Shown here piece after piece: positions 62,711 through 64,000 of a DNA stretch of 64,000 nt. The notes under the pieces are model-generated. The model saw only the letters and a program-made list of their open reading frames with translations, did not search any database and was not told where the DNA came from. The position numbers and the translations under genes were made by a program. Origin of the DNA: Vicugna vicugna (taxonomy: Eukaryota); NCBI GenBank assembly GCA_013265495.1, contig MU058059.1:3077502-3141501 (forward strand), written 5' to 3'. Position 1 is the stretch's first letter. Each line of letters begins with the position of its first letter.

Positions 62711-64000
62711 TAAGGACCGAGCAGACTGCCAAGGCAACGTACTGTCTCCAGCCCACAGGCTTCCTTCTTGGTGCCTGGGGGCCAAATAGCCTGCAGTTTT
62801 CCCTTGATCCTCGGAGGGGCTGATCATCGTGAATCTACCCACTTAGACCCAAGAAACCTTCTTTGGCGAGCAGAGCCCCGCATTTTGTGAGGGATTATCA
62901 GATGCTCCCGCAGACAGAGGTGTGATGGTGCGACCGTCAGGGCCTCTGGGACAGGCTTCCCACCTGTCAGCCCACGGGGCCGCATCTGAGTAAACGCTGT
63001 GGACGTCGTGGGGTAGGGGCTCTTGTGCTCCATCCTGACGGCTTGGCAGTGCCGAGTGGCAGGGACCTGCCTCTCCAGTGCTTCCCCCCCAGGGCTCCTT
63101 CTAATCAGGGGGTCCCCTGTGGCACTTGCGGGATCGGGAGTCACAAGCCCGTGACACGTCAGTTCCTCCTATGCAGTCAGCCCAGATGCAACAGCAATGC
63201 GCTGACCTGGCCGAAGGCGCTGTCCCCAGGTTTTGTTGGCTCCCTTTTCCCTTTGGTGAGGGTGCGATCTCTGCCCAAACCCCGTCAGTTGACTCCAAGC
63301 GTGCTTCTCCCTGAAGGACCAGCGATGATGGTCCCCTGGGTGCTTACGTTCAACAGAGCCATAAAGTTTGAGGTGCTCCCCACCCTTCCTCCAGAGTTCC
63401 CCGGCATACTCAGATGCACGTGCTCGAGGCTGGGGACACCTTGGTCCCACTTCTAATCGATTTTTAGCTTGAACCAGGAGGAGGGAGAGGTGGGTGGGGG
63501 ATCCGAGGAGAGAGCTGCTCCGGGCCAGTGAGTAAGCACGTTTACTTTCTGTTTCAGGTGGCTGCCTGTTCAGACTCAACCACACTGCTCTTGAGTGTGG
63601 CTCACTGCGGACACTGTGTCCTCGCTGCCGGCACCATTTATTTTAGCACTGGGGACAGTGCTCAGCAGCCAGGCCGCACTGTCTCCTGGCTGGGCTTACA
63701 GGGAGTGATAGCACCTCCTCCCCCTCCTGCCTGGAGGAGGGTGGGCAGTGGCCAGCGCACCGTTTGGAAGGCGTCTTCGGCTCTTCCACTCAGCCTCTGA
63801 CGCGCGTTAGGGGCCAGGACAGAGCGCCTCACCCCAGCCCCTCACTGCCCGGCGAGAGCAGCCGCGTCCGAGCCCCAGGGAGTCTTCTTGCAGCGCCTGA
63901 TCCCGTCCCCGGAACGTCTCCGCTTCTCGTCCAGAAAGCTGTGGATCTATTAGAATCCTGTCTTCTCACCAAAACTTAAGAATTGGGAAGGCTCTGAGAT

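Overview
Mammalian genomic DNA, most likely camelid: it carries tRNA-derived SINEs of the Vic-1 type and young artiodactyl-style L1s. The window is intergenic or intronic and rich in repeats (L1, L2, MIR, MaLR/ERV LTRs, hAT-Charlie and Tigger DNA transposons). I found no intact protein-coding gene; nearly all ORFs in the track are spurious or L1 ORF2 fragments. The non-repeat content I can support is: (1) a decayed, intronless SEC11C processed pseudogene on the minus strand (~12.68-13.17 kb); (2) three CpG-rich regulatory regions (~6.5, ~34.2-35.2 and ~51.8-52.6 kb); (3) a degenerate tandem duplicate of the 52 kb promoter and first-exon module about 1.3 kb downstream, with motifs lost reciprocally between the two copies; (4) candidate spliced exons downstream of that promoter and a near-perfect RFX X-box. 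Repeat subfamily names come from recalled consensus sequences and need RepeatMasker/Dfam confirmation. The host locus and gene could not be identified.
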